From contig CAWHER010000001.1 of NCBI GenBank assembly GCA_963828605.1, positions 696,318 to 760,317 on the forward strand: 64,000 nt of DNA. The letters are read 5' to 3'. Shown here piece after piece: positions 37,189 through 46,484 of this stretch (its first letter is position 1; every line of letters starts with the position of its first letter). The position numbers and the translations under genes were made by a program. Origin of the DNA: an uncultured Actinomycetota bacterium. Lineage in GTDB: Bacteria > Actinomycetota > Actinomycetes > Mycobacteriales > QHCD01. The notes under the pieces were generated by a model. That model was not told where the DNA came from and ran no database searches. It was given only the letters and a program-made list of their open reading frames with translations.

Positions 37189-38079
37189 TCATGGCCGGAG
37201 TGACTTCTCGAACCAGTGGTGTGCGTACGGCTCGTCGTTGAACGGGTCGACCTCGCGGTAGCCGGCCGCCCGATAGAGCCCGATCGCCTCGGTGAGTGCG
37301 CGGTTGGTCTCGAGGTGCAGCGTGCGCACGCCGTGTGCGGCCGCGCAGGATTCGAGTTCGGTGAGCAGCCGCCGGCCCAGCCCCAGTCCACGTGCCGTCG
37401 GCGACACCCACATCCGCTTCAGCTCCGCCGGAGCCCGGTCGTTGAACTTCACCGCGCCGCAGCCGACCGGGTCCGAGTGCAAGGTGGCAACGAGCAGCAG
37501 ACCCGACGGGAGTGTCAACTCCGCGTCCTCGGCGGACAGACTGCGGTCCGGGTCGAACCCCCCTTCGAACCGACGCGCCAGCTCGTCGACGTACGCGCGA
37601 ATGCAGCTGCGGGCCGCCGCGTCACGGGGGTCGATCACGGCGACCTGCACCATCGAGGCAACCAGGAGACGCTCGACCTCACCCATCGCCGCGACCAGGC
37701 GACTGCGCTGCTGACTGCTCAGCGGTGTCAGGATCGAGGTGGCCAGGTCGTCCGAGCGCCGGTCGAGCTCCGTCCGCTCGGCCCGACCCGCCCGGGTCAG
37801 CCGAACCGTTCGCACCCGCGCGTCGGCCCCGCCAGCCGCGACGACGACCAGCCCGTCGGCCTCCAGCGAGCGCAGCAGCCGGCTCAGATAGCCGGAGTCG
37901 AGATCCAGCCGCGAGCGGAGGGACCGCACCTCGGTCCCCTCGGCGCCGATCGCCCAGAGCAGCCGGGCCTGCCCGAGCGGCCGACTGCGGGCCAGGAATC
38001 CGTCATCGAGCGCGCCGATCCGCTGGGTGACGATGCGGTCAAAGCGACGGACCTGCTCGACCAGTCCGGCGTCCATCAT
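37189..38079 (-). CDS. MarR-type HTH / GNAT N-acetyltransferase fusion protein
   Basis: The N-terminal part has a MarR-like wHTH (LDLDSGYLSRLLRSLEADGLV). The C-terminal part has a GNAT motif A (RMWVSPTARGLGLGRRLL). Confidence 0.85.
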   Translation of the reverse strand: MMDAGLVEQVRRFDRIVTQRIGALDDGFLARSRPLGQARLLWAIGAEGTEVRSLRSRLDLDSGYLSRLLRSLEADGLVVVAAGGADARVRTVRLTRAGRAERTELDRRSDDLATSILTPLSSQQRSRLVAAMGEVERLLVASMVQVAVIDPRDAAARSCIRAYVDELARRFEGGFDPDRSLSAEDAELTLPSGLLLVATLHSDPVGCGAVKFNDRAPAELKRMWVSPTARGLGLGRRLLTELESCAAAHGVRTLHLETNRALTEAIGLYRAAGYREVDPFNDEPYAHHWFEKSLRP

Positions 38080-38136
38080 CTGACTTTAGTCAGAGATCTT
38101 GGCCGTGGTCAACGCAGGACGGACCGTCGGGTCGGG

Positions 38137-38529
38137 CTAGCGGCCGGCGAGCAACCGGTCCGGGGTGACGGCGATGACGACCCGATCGGGATCTGTCGGG
38201 CGGTCCCCCGGATCCGTTCCGGGCAGATACCTGGCGAAGAGCCGGCGGGACAGCTCGGCGTGACCGGCCTCCTCGATCTCCGCCTTGCCGTAGGCGACGA
38301 CGTAGGACGCGGTCCCCGGGTCGTTGACGAGCAGCGAGATCGCCGGATCGCGGACGATGTTGGCGTATTTCGCCCGGGACCGCGTGGTCGAGAAGCGGAA
38401 CGCCGAGCCGTCCCACTCGTACCAGACGACGGTGAGCTGCGGTGCGGCGTTCGGCCGGTTCAGGCCGATCACCGCGAAGAGCGGCTTCGCCAACATGTCG
38501 CTCACTTCGGCCGAGGCTTCGGCGCTCAT
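38137..38529 (-). CDS. PPOX-class (probably F420-dependent) oxidoreductase
   Basis: MSAEASAEVSDMLAKPLFAVIGLNRPNAAPQLTVVWYEWDG is a pyridoxamine-5'-phosphate-oxidase-like fold. The RBS GGAGGA precedes the ATG at 38527-38529. Confidence 0.75.
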   Translation of the reverse strand: MSAEASAEVSDMLAKPLFAVIGLNRPNAAPQLTVVWYEWDGSAFRFSTTRSRAKYANIVRDPAISLLVNDPGTASYVVAYGKAEIEEAGHAELSRRLFARYLPGTDPGDRPTDPDRVVIAVTPDRLLAGR

Positions 38530-38664
38530 CCGTTCCTCCAGGTATCGAATCGGAATTGGTGTCGAATTGGAATCGAGGGTGCCGGATCCGGCACGCACGC
38601 GCGGCGAATATGCTGGACGTACTCATCCGTCGACGATGACCTCTCTGCGATTGCACGGGAGACC

Positions 38665-39180
38665 ATGGTGCTCACCTTGGTGCGCCACGCGCACGCCGGA
38701 AGCAAACGGCGGTGGAACGGCCCGGACGATGAGCGCCCGCTGACCGAGCGCGGATTGACGGAGGCCCACGGGGTCGGCGCAGCCTTACGGGCGCAACCGC
38801 CGTTCCGGCTCATCTCCAGCCCGCTACTCCGCTGCCGGCAGACCCTCGGACCGACCGCCGTCACCTTCGATCTCGAGATCGAGATCAGCCCGGCCCTGGG
38901 CCCGGACGCCACCCTGGACGAGACCCTCGCCCTCGTCATCGACCCGGGCACCGATGGCTGCGTCCTGTGCACCCACGGCGAGGTGCTCAATCGCCTGCTC
39001 GACCGATGGCGCGCCGACGGCTCGCCGCGCATTCCCGCCGGCGCCACCACGGCCAAGGGTGCCGCGTGGAACCTCAGCGGCTACCCGGGCCTGCGCGCGA
39101 CTGCTCGCTACCAACCGCCCCGGCAGGTGACGCTCTCCCCGTCGGGTACGCCGACCGGGACGCAGACCTGGCCGGGCTAG
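38665..39180 (+). CDS. histidine phosphatase family protein (SixA-like)
   Basis: LVRHAHAG is the RHG motif, and a second His lies in CTHGEVLN. Confidence 0.8.
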   Translation: MVLTLVRHAHAGSKRRWNGPDDERPLTERGLTEAHGVGAALRAQPPFRLISSPLLRCRQTLGPTAVTFDLEIEISPALGPDATLDETLALVIDPGTDGCVLCTHGEVLNRLLDRWRADGSPRIPAGATTAKGAAWNLSGYPGLRATARYQPPRQVTLSPSGTPTGTQTWPG

Positions 39181-39199
39181 GACAGACGCAGGAGACCTC

Positions 39200-39877
39200 G
39201 TGACGGTGCTGTTCAACGCCAATACCCGCGCGGCCTACCAGGCCGGCTACTACCTCGGCTCCCACCGCATCGCCGACGTCCTCACCCACGGCGACACCGG
39301 ACTCGGGGCGCTCGACGGCAACGACGGGGAACTCGTCATCGACCGTGGCGTCGCCTACCGCACCGCCGAGGACGGCAGCACCGCAGAACTCGACGGCGGG
39401 ATCGGCACGCCGTACGCGACGGTCGTCCCGTTCCGCGCCGAGCAGACGTTCGGCGTCGACGACCCGCTGAACCGGGCCGCGTTCGAGCGCCGACTGGCCG
39501 GACTGATCCCGCTGGCAAACCGGATCTGGGCACTGCGGATTCACGGCCACTTCTCGGCGGTGACCGCCGGCGCGAGCGGCCGGCAGCACCCGCCGTACCG
39601 GCCGTTGGACGAGGTCATGCCGACCTACCGCAACCTCACCCACGTCGACACCACGGGAACGCTCATCGCCTTCCACTGCCCGGTCTTCCTCACCGGCACC
39701 GACTTCGTCGGCGCGCACTACCACTGGCTCTCCGACGACCACGGTCAAGGCGGCCACGTCGCGGACTTCCGGCTCACCCGCGCGAGCATCGAGGTCTGTG
39801 AGGCCGACGGCTACACCGTCGACCTGCCCACCACCGGGGAGTTCCGCGACCTCGATCTCACGCCGTACTACGGCTGA
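39200..39877 (+). CDS. alpha-acetolactate decarboxylase family protein
   Basis: HGDTGLGALDGNDGELVIDRGVAY... and GAHYHWLSDDHGQGGHV are AlsD/BudA-type His motifs. The gene starts with GTG. Confidence 0.8.
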   Translation: MTVLFNANTRAAYQAGYYLGSHRIADVLTHGDTGLGALDGNDGELVIDRGVAYRTAEDGSTAELDGGIGTPYATVVPFRAEQTFGVDDPLNRAAFERRLAGLIPLANRIWALRIHGHFSAVTAGASGRQHPPYRPLDEVMPTYRNLTHVDTTGTLIAFHCPVFLTGTDFVGAHYHWLSDDHGQGGHVADFRLTRASIEVCEADGYTVDLPTTGEFRDLDLTPYYG

Positions 39878-39920
39878 CCGACCCGCGCGGTGCGAACCGG
39901 CCGCCTTCTCCCCCGCTCCC

Positions 39921-39978
39921 CCATGATCAAGAGGGGATTCACGCGCGAAACGCCGAGCGAATCCCCTCTTGATCATGG
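39921..39978. repeat. perfect 20-bp inverted repeat with an 18-nt spacer (stem-loop; possible terminator or repeat element)
   Basis: The arms are CCATGATCAAGAGGGGATTC (39921-39940) and GAATCCCCTCTTGATCATGG (39959-39978). There is no U-tract. It lies 44 bp after the decarboxylase stop codon. Confidence 0.8.
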
Positions 39979-40032
39979 AAGAAGGGCGTGGGCGGGCCGA
40001 TCTCTTGACGAGCCGGCCACCGCGCTGGCACT

Positions 40033-40056
40033 ATTTATCTATGACGATAGATAAAT
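40033..40056. promoter_or_regulatory. AT-rich perfect inverted repeat ATTTATCTAT-gacg-ATAGATAAAT overlapping the gntR start codon; candidate autoregulatory operator
   Basis: The arms are at 40033-40042 and 40047-40056. The ATG of the GntR gene is at 40041. This is a strikingly AT-rich 24-mer in a roughly 70% GC context. Confidence 0.5.
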
Positions 40057-40475
40057 GGGATAGCGCCCGGGCGATCGAGTTCCGGCTCGACGCCGCGTCC
40101 GGAGTGCCGACCTACCTGCAACTGGTGCAGCAGGTCGAGCACGCCCTCCGGCTCGGTTACCTCGTTCCGGGCGACCAGCTGCCCAGGGTGAAGGATGTCG
40201 TGGCCTCCCTCGCCATCAACCCCAACACCGTGCTGAAGGCGTATCGCGAGCTCGAGCACAAGGGCCTCGCCGCCGGCCGACCCGGCCAGGGCACCTTCGT
40301 CGAGGGAACCCTCGACGTCGTGCCGCTGCGCGACCAGCAAGCGCTGCGCAGCGGGCTGGCCCGATGGATCTCCGACGCCGCCGGGGCGGGTCTGGACGAG
40401 GAGGGGATCCGCGCGCTGTTCAGCAGCGCGCTGCACGACCACGCCCGCCGGCGCAACGGAGGACTCGCCTCATGA
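40041..40475 (+). CDS. GntR-family transcriptional regulator (short YtrA-like type)
   Basis: VPTYLQLVQQVEHALRLGYLVPGDQLPRVKDVVASLAINPNTVLKAYRELEHKGL is a GntR wHTH. The short C-terminus and the ABC exporter genes downstream fit the YtrA-like type. Confidence 0.85.
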   Translation: MTIDKWDSARAIEFRLDAASGVPTYLQLVQQVEHALRLGYLVPGDQLPRVKDVVASLAINPNTVLKAYRELEHKGLAAGRPGQGTFVEGTLDVVPLRDQQALRSGLARWISDAAGAGLDEEGIRALFSSALHDHARRRNGGLAS

Positions 40476-41386
40476 ACGCGATCGAGACGCACGGAGTGGG
40501 CAAACGCTACGGCCGGTCCTGGGCCCTGCGCGAGTGCACCCTCAGCATCCCGGCCGGTCGCGTGGTCGCCCTCGTCGGCCCGAACGGCGCGGGCAAGACC
40601 ACTCTGCTGCACCTGGCCGTCGGACTCACGGAGCCGAGCGCGGGCGGGATCGCCGTACTCGACGGCATTGCTCCCGGCTCGACGGACGCACTCGGCCGGA
40701 TCAGCTTCGTCGCCCAGGACACCCCGCTCTACCCCTACCTCAGCGTCGCCGACACCCTGCGGCTGGTGGCCAACCTGAGCACGCGCTGGGACGAGGCCAA
40801 CGCCCGCGCCCGGCTCGCGGCGCTCGACATCCCGCTGACCCGCAAGGTCGGCAAGCTGTCCGGCGGCCAGCACGCCCAGGTCGCACTCGCCGTCGCGCTC
40901 GCCCGACGGCCTGAACTGCTGATCCTGGACGAGCCGGTGGCGCGGCTGGATCCCCTCGCCCGGCACGACTTCATGGCGGCGCTGATGGCCGCGGTCGCCG
41001 AGGACGGGGTCTCGGTGGTGCTGTCCTCGCACGTCGTCGCCGAGTTGGAACGGGTCTGCGACTACCTCGTCGTGCTCGCGCATGCGGCCGTGCAGGTCAT
41101 CGGCGACGTCGACGACCTGGTCCGGACCCACCGGGTGCTGTCCGGGCCGACGGCGCAGGCCGACGCCGTCGCCGCCACACTGTCCGTCGTTCATGAACAC
41201 CGTGCCGAGCGCCGGACGAGTCTGCTCGTGCGCGTCACCGGTGATGGCGCTCCCCCGCCAGGGTGGGAGATCGAGCCGACCAACCTCGAAGAACTTGTGC
41301 TCTCCTATCTGCGCGCACCCGACGCGTGCGCGCTGCCCGGTCCGGCCGTGAGCCACGACGGCGCGATCGAGGCGATGCCGGCATGA
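40472..41386 (+). CDS. ABC transporter ATP-binding protein (ABC-2 exporter type)
   Basis: Walker A is GPNGAGKTT, the signature is LSGGQHAQ and Walker B is LILDEP. There is an ATGA overlap with gntR. Confidence 0.88.
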   Translation: MNAIETHGVGKRYGRSWALRECTLSIPAGRVVALVGPNGAGKTTLLHLAVGLTEPSAGGIAVLDGIAPGSTDALGRISFVAQDTPLYPYLSVADTLRLVANLSTRWDEANARARLAALDIPLTRKVGKLSGGQHAQVALAVALARRPELLILDEPVARLDPLARHDFMAALMAAVAEDGVSVVLSSHVVAELERVCDYLVVLAHAAVQVIGDVDDLVRTHRVLSGPTAQADAVAATLSVVHEHRAERRTSLLVRVTGDGAPPPGWEIEPTNLEELVLSYLRAPDACALPGPAVSHDGAIEAMPA

Positions 41387-42399
41387 CCGCGACCACCGTC
41401 CGGCCGGCGCAGGATCGCCGGCGGCTACCTCACCTCCATGGCCTGACTTGGGTGACCTGGCGGCAGCACCGCATGGCACTGGCCGGCATCGTCGTACTGC
41501 TCGGCGGCACCGCCGTGCTCCTGGTGTTGACCGGCCTGCCCATGCACCGCGCCTACACCAAACTCGGTTTGGCCGCGTGCGGAGACATCTCGAGCAGTGC
41601 CTGCGTGGAGCCGTTCCGGATTTTCAGCTCGGGCTACCAGGGCTGGGCGATGTTCCTGCCCCGATTCCTGATGTTCCTCCCGGCCGCGGTCGGCGTCTTC
41701 GTCGGAGCGCCGCTGGTCGCCCGGGAATTCGAGTCGGGCACCTTCCGCTTCGCCTGGACGCAGGGCCGCAGCCGGGTGCAGTGGATCGCGGCGAAGCTCG
41801 CGTTGCTCGGCGTCGCGCTCAGCGCACTGGCACTCGCCTTCTCGTTCCTCTTCGCGTGGTGGTTCGGCCCATGGGAATCGATCATGGGCCGGATGATCAG
41901 CGGCCAGGCCTACGAGGTCCTGGGCATCGTCTTCGCCGCCCGAACCCTCTTCGCCTTCACGCTCGGAGTGCTGCTCGGCGCTGTTCTCCGGCGAACCGTT
42001 CCGGCCATGGCCGCGACCGCCGCGATCTGGTTGGCCGTGGTGTGGCCGTCGGTCGTCTACCTGCGCCCCCTGATCGTCAAGCCGCTCATCGCGCCGGACT
42101 CCGCCTCCATCGGACTCGACAAGGCCTGGGCGATCAGCGCCTGGATCCAGGACGGGGCCGGGCGCCACCTCAGCACGGATGCGGTGACCGGTCTCCTCAA
42201 CCGGGCGCGCGCCACCGGCGTCAGCACCCCGGCTCAGTTCGACGCGTGGCTGGCGAAACGGCACTACACGCAGTGGGTCTCCTACCAGCCCAACAACCGC
42301 TTCTGGCACTTCCAGCTCATCGAAGCGGGGAGTTTGGTAGTGCTTGCGCTCGTGCTCGCGGCCGCGTCGGTCTGGTGGCTGCGCCGCCGCGCCAGGTAG
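41383..42399 (+). CDS. ABC-2-type transporter permease
   Basis: It has six predicted hydrophobic segments and the motif REFESGTFRFAWTQGRSR. There is an ATGA overlap with the ATPase gene. Confidence 0.75.
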   Translation: MTATTVRPAQDRRRLPHLHGLTWVTWRQHRMALAGIVVLLGGTAVLLVLTGLPMHRAYTKLGLAACGDISSSACVEPFRIFSSGYQGWAMFLPRFLMFLPAAVGVFVGAPLVAREFESGTFRFAWTQGRSRVQWIAAKLALLGVALSALALAFSFLFAWWFGPWESIMGRMISGQAYEVLGIVFAARTLFAFTLGVLLGAVLRRTVPAMAATAAIWLAVVWPSVVYLRPLIVKPLIAPDSASIGLDKAWAISAWIQDGAGRHLSTDAVTGLLNRARATGVSTPAQFDAWLAKRHYTQWVSYQPNNRFWHFQLIEAGSLVVLALVLAAASVWWLRRRAR

Positions 42400-42472
42400 C
42401 CCTCCCCTCTTGATCACGCCGGAAGGGGGCCACTGCACCGCTGCAGAACCGGTGCGGGATACCGTCCGTCCC

Positions 42473-43786
42473 ATGCCGGTTCCCGCCCGGACCGCAGCCC
42501 AGGCGCGCATCTCGGCGGACGACGCCCGCCGGATCGCCCTGGCGGCACAGGGTTTCGCCGATCCCCGCCCGACCGGGCGGGTCGACGCGCGGCACGTACG
42601 TCGGGTGCTTGGCCGGATCGGCATCCTGCAGCTCGACTCGGTCAACGTGCTGTGCCGGTCGCACTATCTTCCGGTGTTCGCGCGACTCGGTCCGTACCCG
42701 CGGGAGCTGCTCGACCGGATGGCCTGGGGCGGCCGGCGCCGCGAGCTGTTCGAGTACTGGGGGCACAAGGCGTCGCTGCTGCCGCTGGACACCCGGCCGC
42801 TGCTGCGGTGGCGGATGGAGGCCGCGCTGCGCCATGTCTGGGGCGGTGACCTCCGACGCTGGCGGTCGCTGCTGGACCCGGCCCTGCTGCAGGCACCGTG
42901 GGCGGTGATCGAGGGAATGTGGCGGCTCGCCGCCGACCAGCCGGAGCTGGCCGCGCAGGTGCTCGCGGTCATCGCCGACCGCGGTCCGATCAGTGCCGCC
43001 GACGTCGGGCTGACCGCGCAGCGGCGCCTCGAGCATGGCGGGCTGTGGAACTGGAACGACGTGAAGGTCGCGCTCGAGTGGTTGTTCTACTGCGGCACCG
43101 TGACGACAGCGACGCGGCGCGGCTTCGAGCGGATCTACGACCTCACCGAACGGGTCCTCCCGCCGGCGGTTCTCGCCGAAGCGTCACCGGGCCAGGATGA
43201 CGCGCAGCGCGAGCTGATCCGCATCGCCGCGCGGGCCCAGGGCATCGCCACCGAGCGCGACCTGCGGGACTACTTCCACCTCCCCGCCGACCACTCGAAG
43301 GCGCGGGTCGCCGAGCTGGTCGAGACGGGTGAACTAGCGCCGGTCCGCTTCGAGGACGTCGGCCCCCTGCACTACCTGTGGTCCGGCGCCCGAGCGCCCC
43401 GCCGGCTGGCGGCCCGGGCGCTGCTGTCGCCGTTCGACTCACTGATCTGGAGTCGGGACCGGGCCCTCCGGCTGTTCGGGTTCCACTACCGGATCGGGAT
43501 CTACACGCCGGCGGCGAAGCGGACCCACGGCTACTACGTGTTGCCGTTCCTGCTGGGCGACCGGCTGGTCGCCCGGGTCGACCTCAAGGCCGACCGGCCC
43601 ACGTCCACCCTGATGGTGCAGGAGGCGCACGTCGAGGCCGGTGTGCGCGGGGCCGGGGTCGCGGCGGAGCTGGCCGACGAGCTGCGGTTGATGGCCGGCT
43701 GGCTGGAGCTGGACCGGGTGGCGGTGCGACGCCGGGGCGACCTGAGCCGGCCGTTGTCCCGCGCGATCGGGGCCGCCGCGTCGTGA
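42473..43786 (+). CDS. YcaQ/AlkZ-family winged-helix DNA glycosylase-like protein (HTH_42)
   Basis: ARRIALAAQGFADPRP...VLGRIGILQLDSVNVLCRSHYLPVFARLG...YWGHKASLLP is the typical family N-terminus. It has a Q-L-D motif (the QxD variant). Confidence 0.7.
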   Translation: MPVPARTAAQARISADDARRIALAAQGFADPRPTGRVDARHVRRVLGRIGILQLDSVNVLCRSHYLPVFARLGPYPRELLDRMAWGGRRRELFEYWGHKASLLPLDTRPLLRWRMEAALRHVWGGDLRRWRSLLDPALLQAPWAVIEGMWRLAADQPELAAQVLAVIADRGPISAADVGLTAQRRLEHGGLWNWNDVKVALEWLFYCGTVTTATRRGFERIYDLTERVLPPAVLAEASPGQDDAQRELIRIAARAQGIATERDLRDYFHLPADHSKARVAELVETGELAPVRFEDVGPLHYLWSGARAPRRLAARALLSPFDSLIWSRDRALRLFGFHYRIGIYTPAAKRTHGYYVLPFLLGDRLVARVDLKADRPTSTLMVQEAHVEAGVRGAGVAAELADELRLMAGWLELDRVAVRRRGDLSRPLSRAIGAAAS

Positions 43787-43808
43787 CCGTCGCAGCTACG
43801 ATGCAGCG

Positions 43809-44504
43809 ATGCCTGCTCGGACCGCGTACGACGGTGCGCTCGGCGACTTCTTCGCCAGCAACGCCGACACCAGTCCCTACAACGCGCACACCGACCGCCC
43901 GGCGATGCTCGACCTGGCCGGACCCGTCGACGGATCGCGGATTCTCGACGCGGGCTGCGGTGCCGGGCACTACGCGGCGGAACTCGTGGCGCGCGGAGCT
44001 GACGTGGTCGCGGTCGACGGCAGCGAGACGCTGCTGGAGCACGCCCGCAGGCGCCTGGGCGGACGGGCCGAGCTTCACCTGCAGGATCTGGACGAGCCGC
44101 TCCGATTCGCCGACGCGTCGTTCGACGGGGTGGTGTGCGCTCTGGTGCTGCACCACGTCACCGACCGCCCGCGGCTGCTGGCCGAGTTGCGGCGCGTCCT
44201 GCGTCCGGGCGGCTGGTTGCTGGTGTCGACCACCCACCCCACCGCGGACTGGCACCGTTTCGGCGGCTCCTACTACGCCGAGGACTGGGTCGACATGGCG
44301 CTGGCGGACGGCCGGTGGGAGATCCGCTTCCAGCGCATGACCCTGCAGACGTTCCTGGGCGAGCTGCTCGCCGCCGGATTCGTGCTGGAGAAGCTCGTCG
44401 AGCCGCGCCCGGCTCCCGACCTCCGGGACCGCGACGCCACGGCCTACGACCGGCTGCAGCAGGCTCCGTGCTTCCTCGCGGTCCGGGTCCGCCGCGACGC
44501 TTGA
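43809..44504 (+). CDS. class I SAM-dependent methyltransferase
   Basis: Motif I is ILDAGCGAGHYA, and the post-I acidic residue is in VVAVDGS. Confidence 0.8.
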   Translation: MPARTAYDGALGDFFASNADTSPYNAHTDRPAMLDLAGPVDGSRILDAGCGAGHYAAELVARGADVVAVDGSETLLEHARRRLGGRAELHLQDLDEPLRFADASFDGVVCALVLHHVTDRPRLLAELRRVLRPGGWLLVSTTHPTADWHRFGGSYYAEDWVDMALADGRWEIRFQRMTLQTFLGELLAAGFVLEKLVEPRPAPDLRDRDATAYDRLQQAPCFLAVRVRRDA

Positions 44505-44513
44505 CCCCTCGGG

Positions 44514-45775
<1,262 letters not shown>

Positions 45776-45779
<4 letters not shown>

Positions 45780-46117
45780 AGCGGCCAGAACGGCCTCAGC
45801 TCGACCGCACCGAAACGGGCGACCGGATGCTTGGCCGCCACCTCGATGGCCTCGTCGAGGTCTTTGCACTCGAGAATGTCGAAGCCGGCCATCTGTTCCT
45901 TCGTCTCCGCGAACGGCCCGTCCACGACCAGGACGTCCTCGTCGCGGACGCGTACGGTCGTCGCGTCACTCACCGGCCGCAGCCGGTCCCCCTGCAGCCG
46001 CACCCCGCGGCCGTCCATCTCCGCGACCCAGGACTCCGTCGCCGGGCCCATGGCGGCGTCCTCCTCCGGGGTGAGCTTCACAGCCTCATCGGCGCAGATC
46101 AGCAGCATGTACTTCAT
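45776..46117 (-). CDS. YCII-related (DGPF) domain protein
   Basis: MKYMLLICADE...VVDGPFAETKEQMAGFDILECKDLDEAIEVAAKHP is the family pattern. A strong RBS (AGGAGGAGGA) lies upstream. Confidence 0.85.
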
Positions 46118-46158
46118 GGTGTCCTCCTCCTGTAGACGATATATACGACGCTCAGCCG

Positions 46159-46182
46159 AACGGATTCCGCAGCGTGCGTTCC
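46159..46182 (-). promoter_or_regulatory. candidate ECF-type promoter (GGAAC-N15-CGTT) upstream of the YCII/sigma operon
   Basis: The minus strand reads GTGACGGAACGCACGCTGCGGAATCCGTTCGGC about 45-65 nt upstream of the YCII ATG. The spacer is one nucleotide shorter than the usual 16-17. Confidence 0.25.
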
Positions 46183-46240
46183 GTCACCATGACGACGAGC
46201 GAGATCGCCAGGATGGACACCTCCCCGCGAAAGGACCCCG

Positions 46241-46480
46241 ATGGGGACCCGCAGCGCGCCGACCCGGGTCGTGGAGCACGCGGCCGCATTCAACGCCGCC
46301 GGCCGGTCCGGAGAATGGGACGCCTTCGCCGACCGGTTCGCCCCGGACGCCACCATGCACATCTCCGGCGTTCCCGCCGGGCCCTTCACCGGCCGGTCCG
46401 AGATCGCCCGTGCGTACGCCGAGCAGCCGCCCACCGACACGCTGGCCATCGACGAGGTGAAGTCGGCCGGTGCGGTGGAC
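46241..46480 (+). pseudogene. NTF2/SnoaL-like protein gene, apparently truncated at the 3' end
   Basis: VVEHAAAFNAAGRSGEWDAFADRFAPDATMHISGVPAGPFTGRSEIARAYAE...LAIDEVKSAGAVDRV looks like the first roughly 80 aa of a SnoaL-like fold. After that the frame runs antisense into the 3' end of gene D and turns into Arg-rich junk. Confidence 0.45.
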
Positions 46481-46484
46481 AGGG

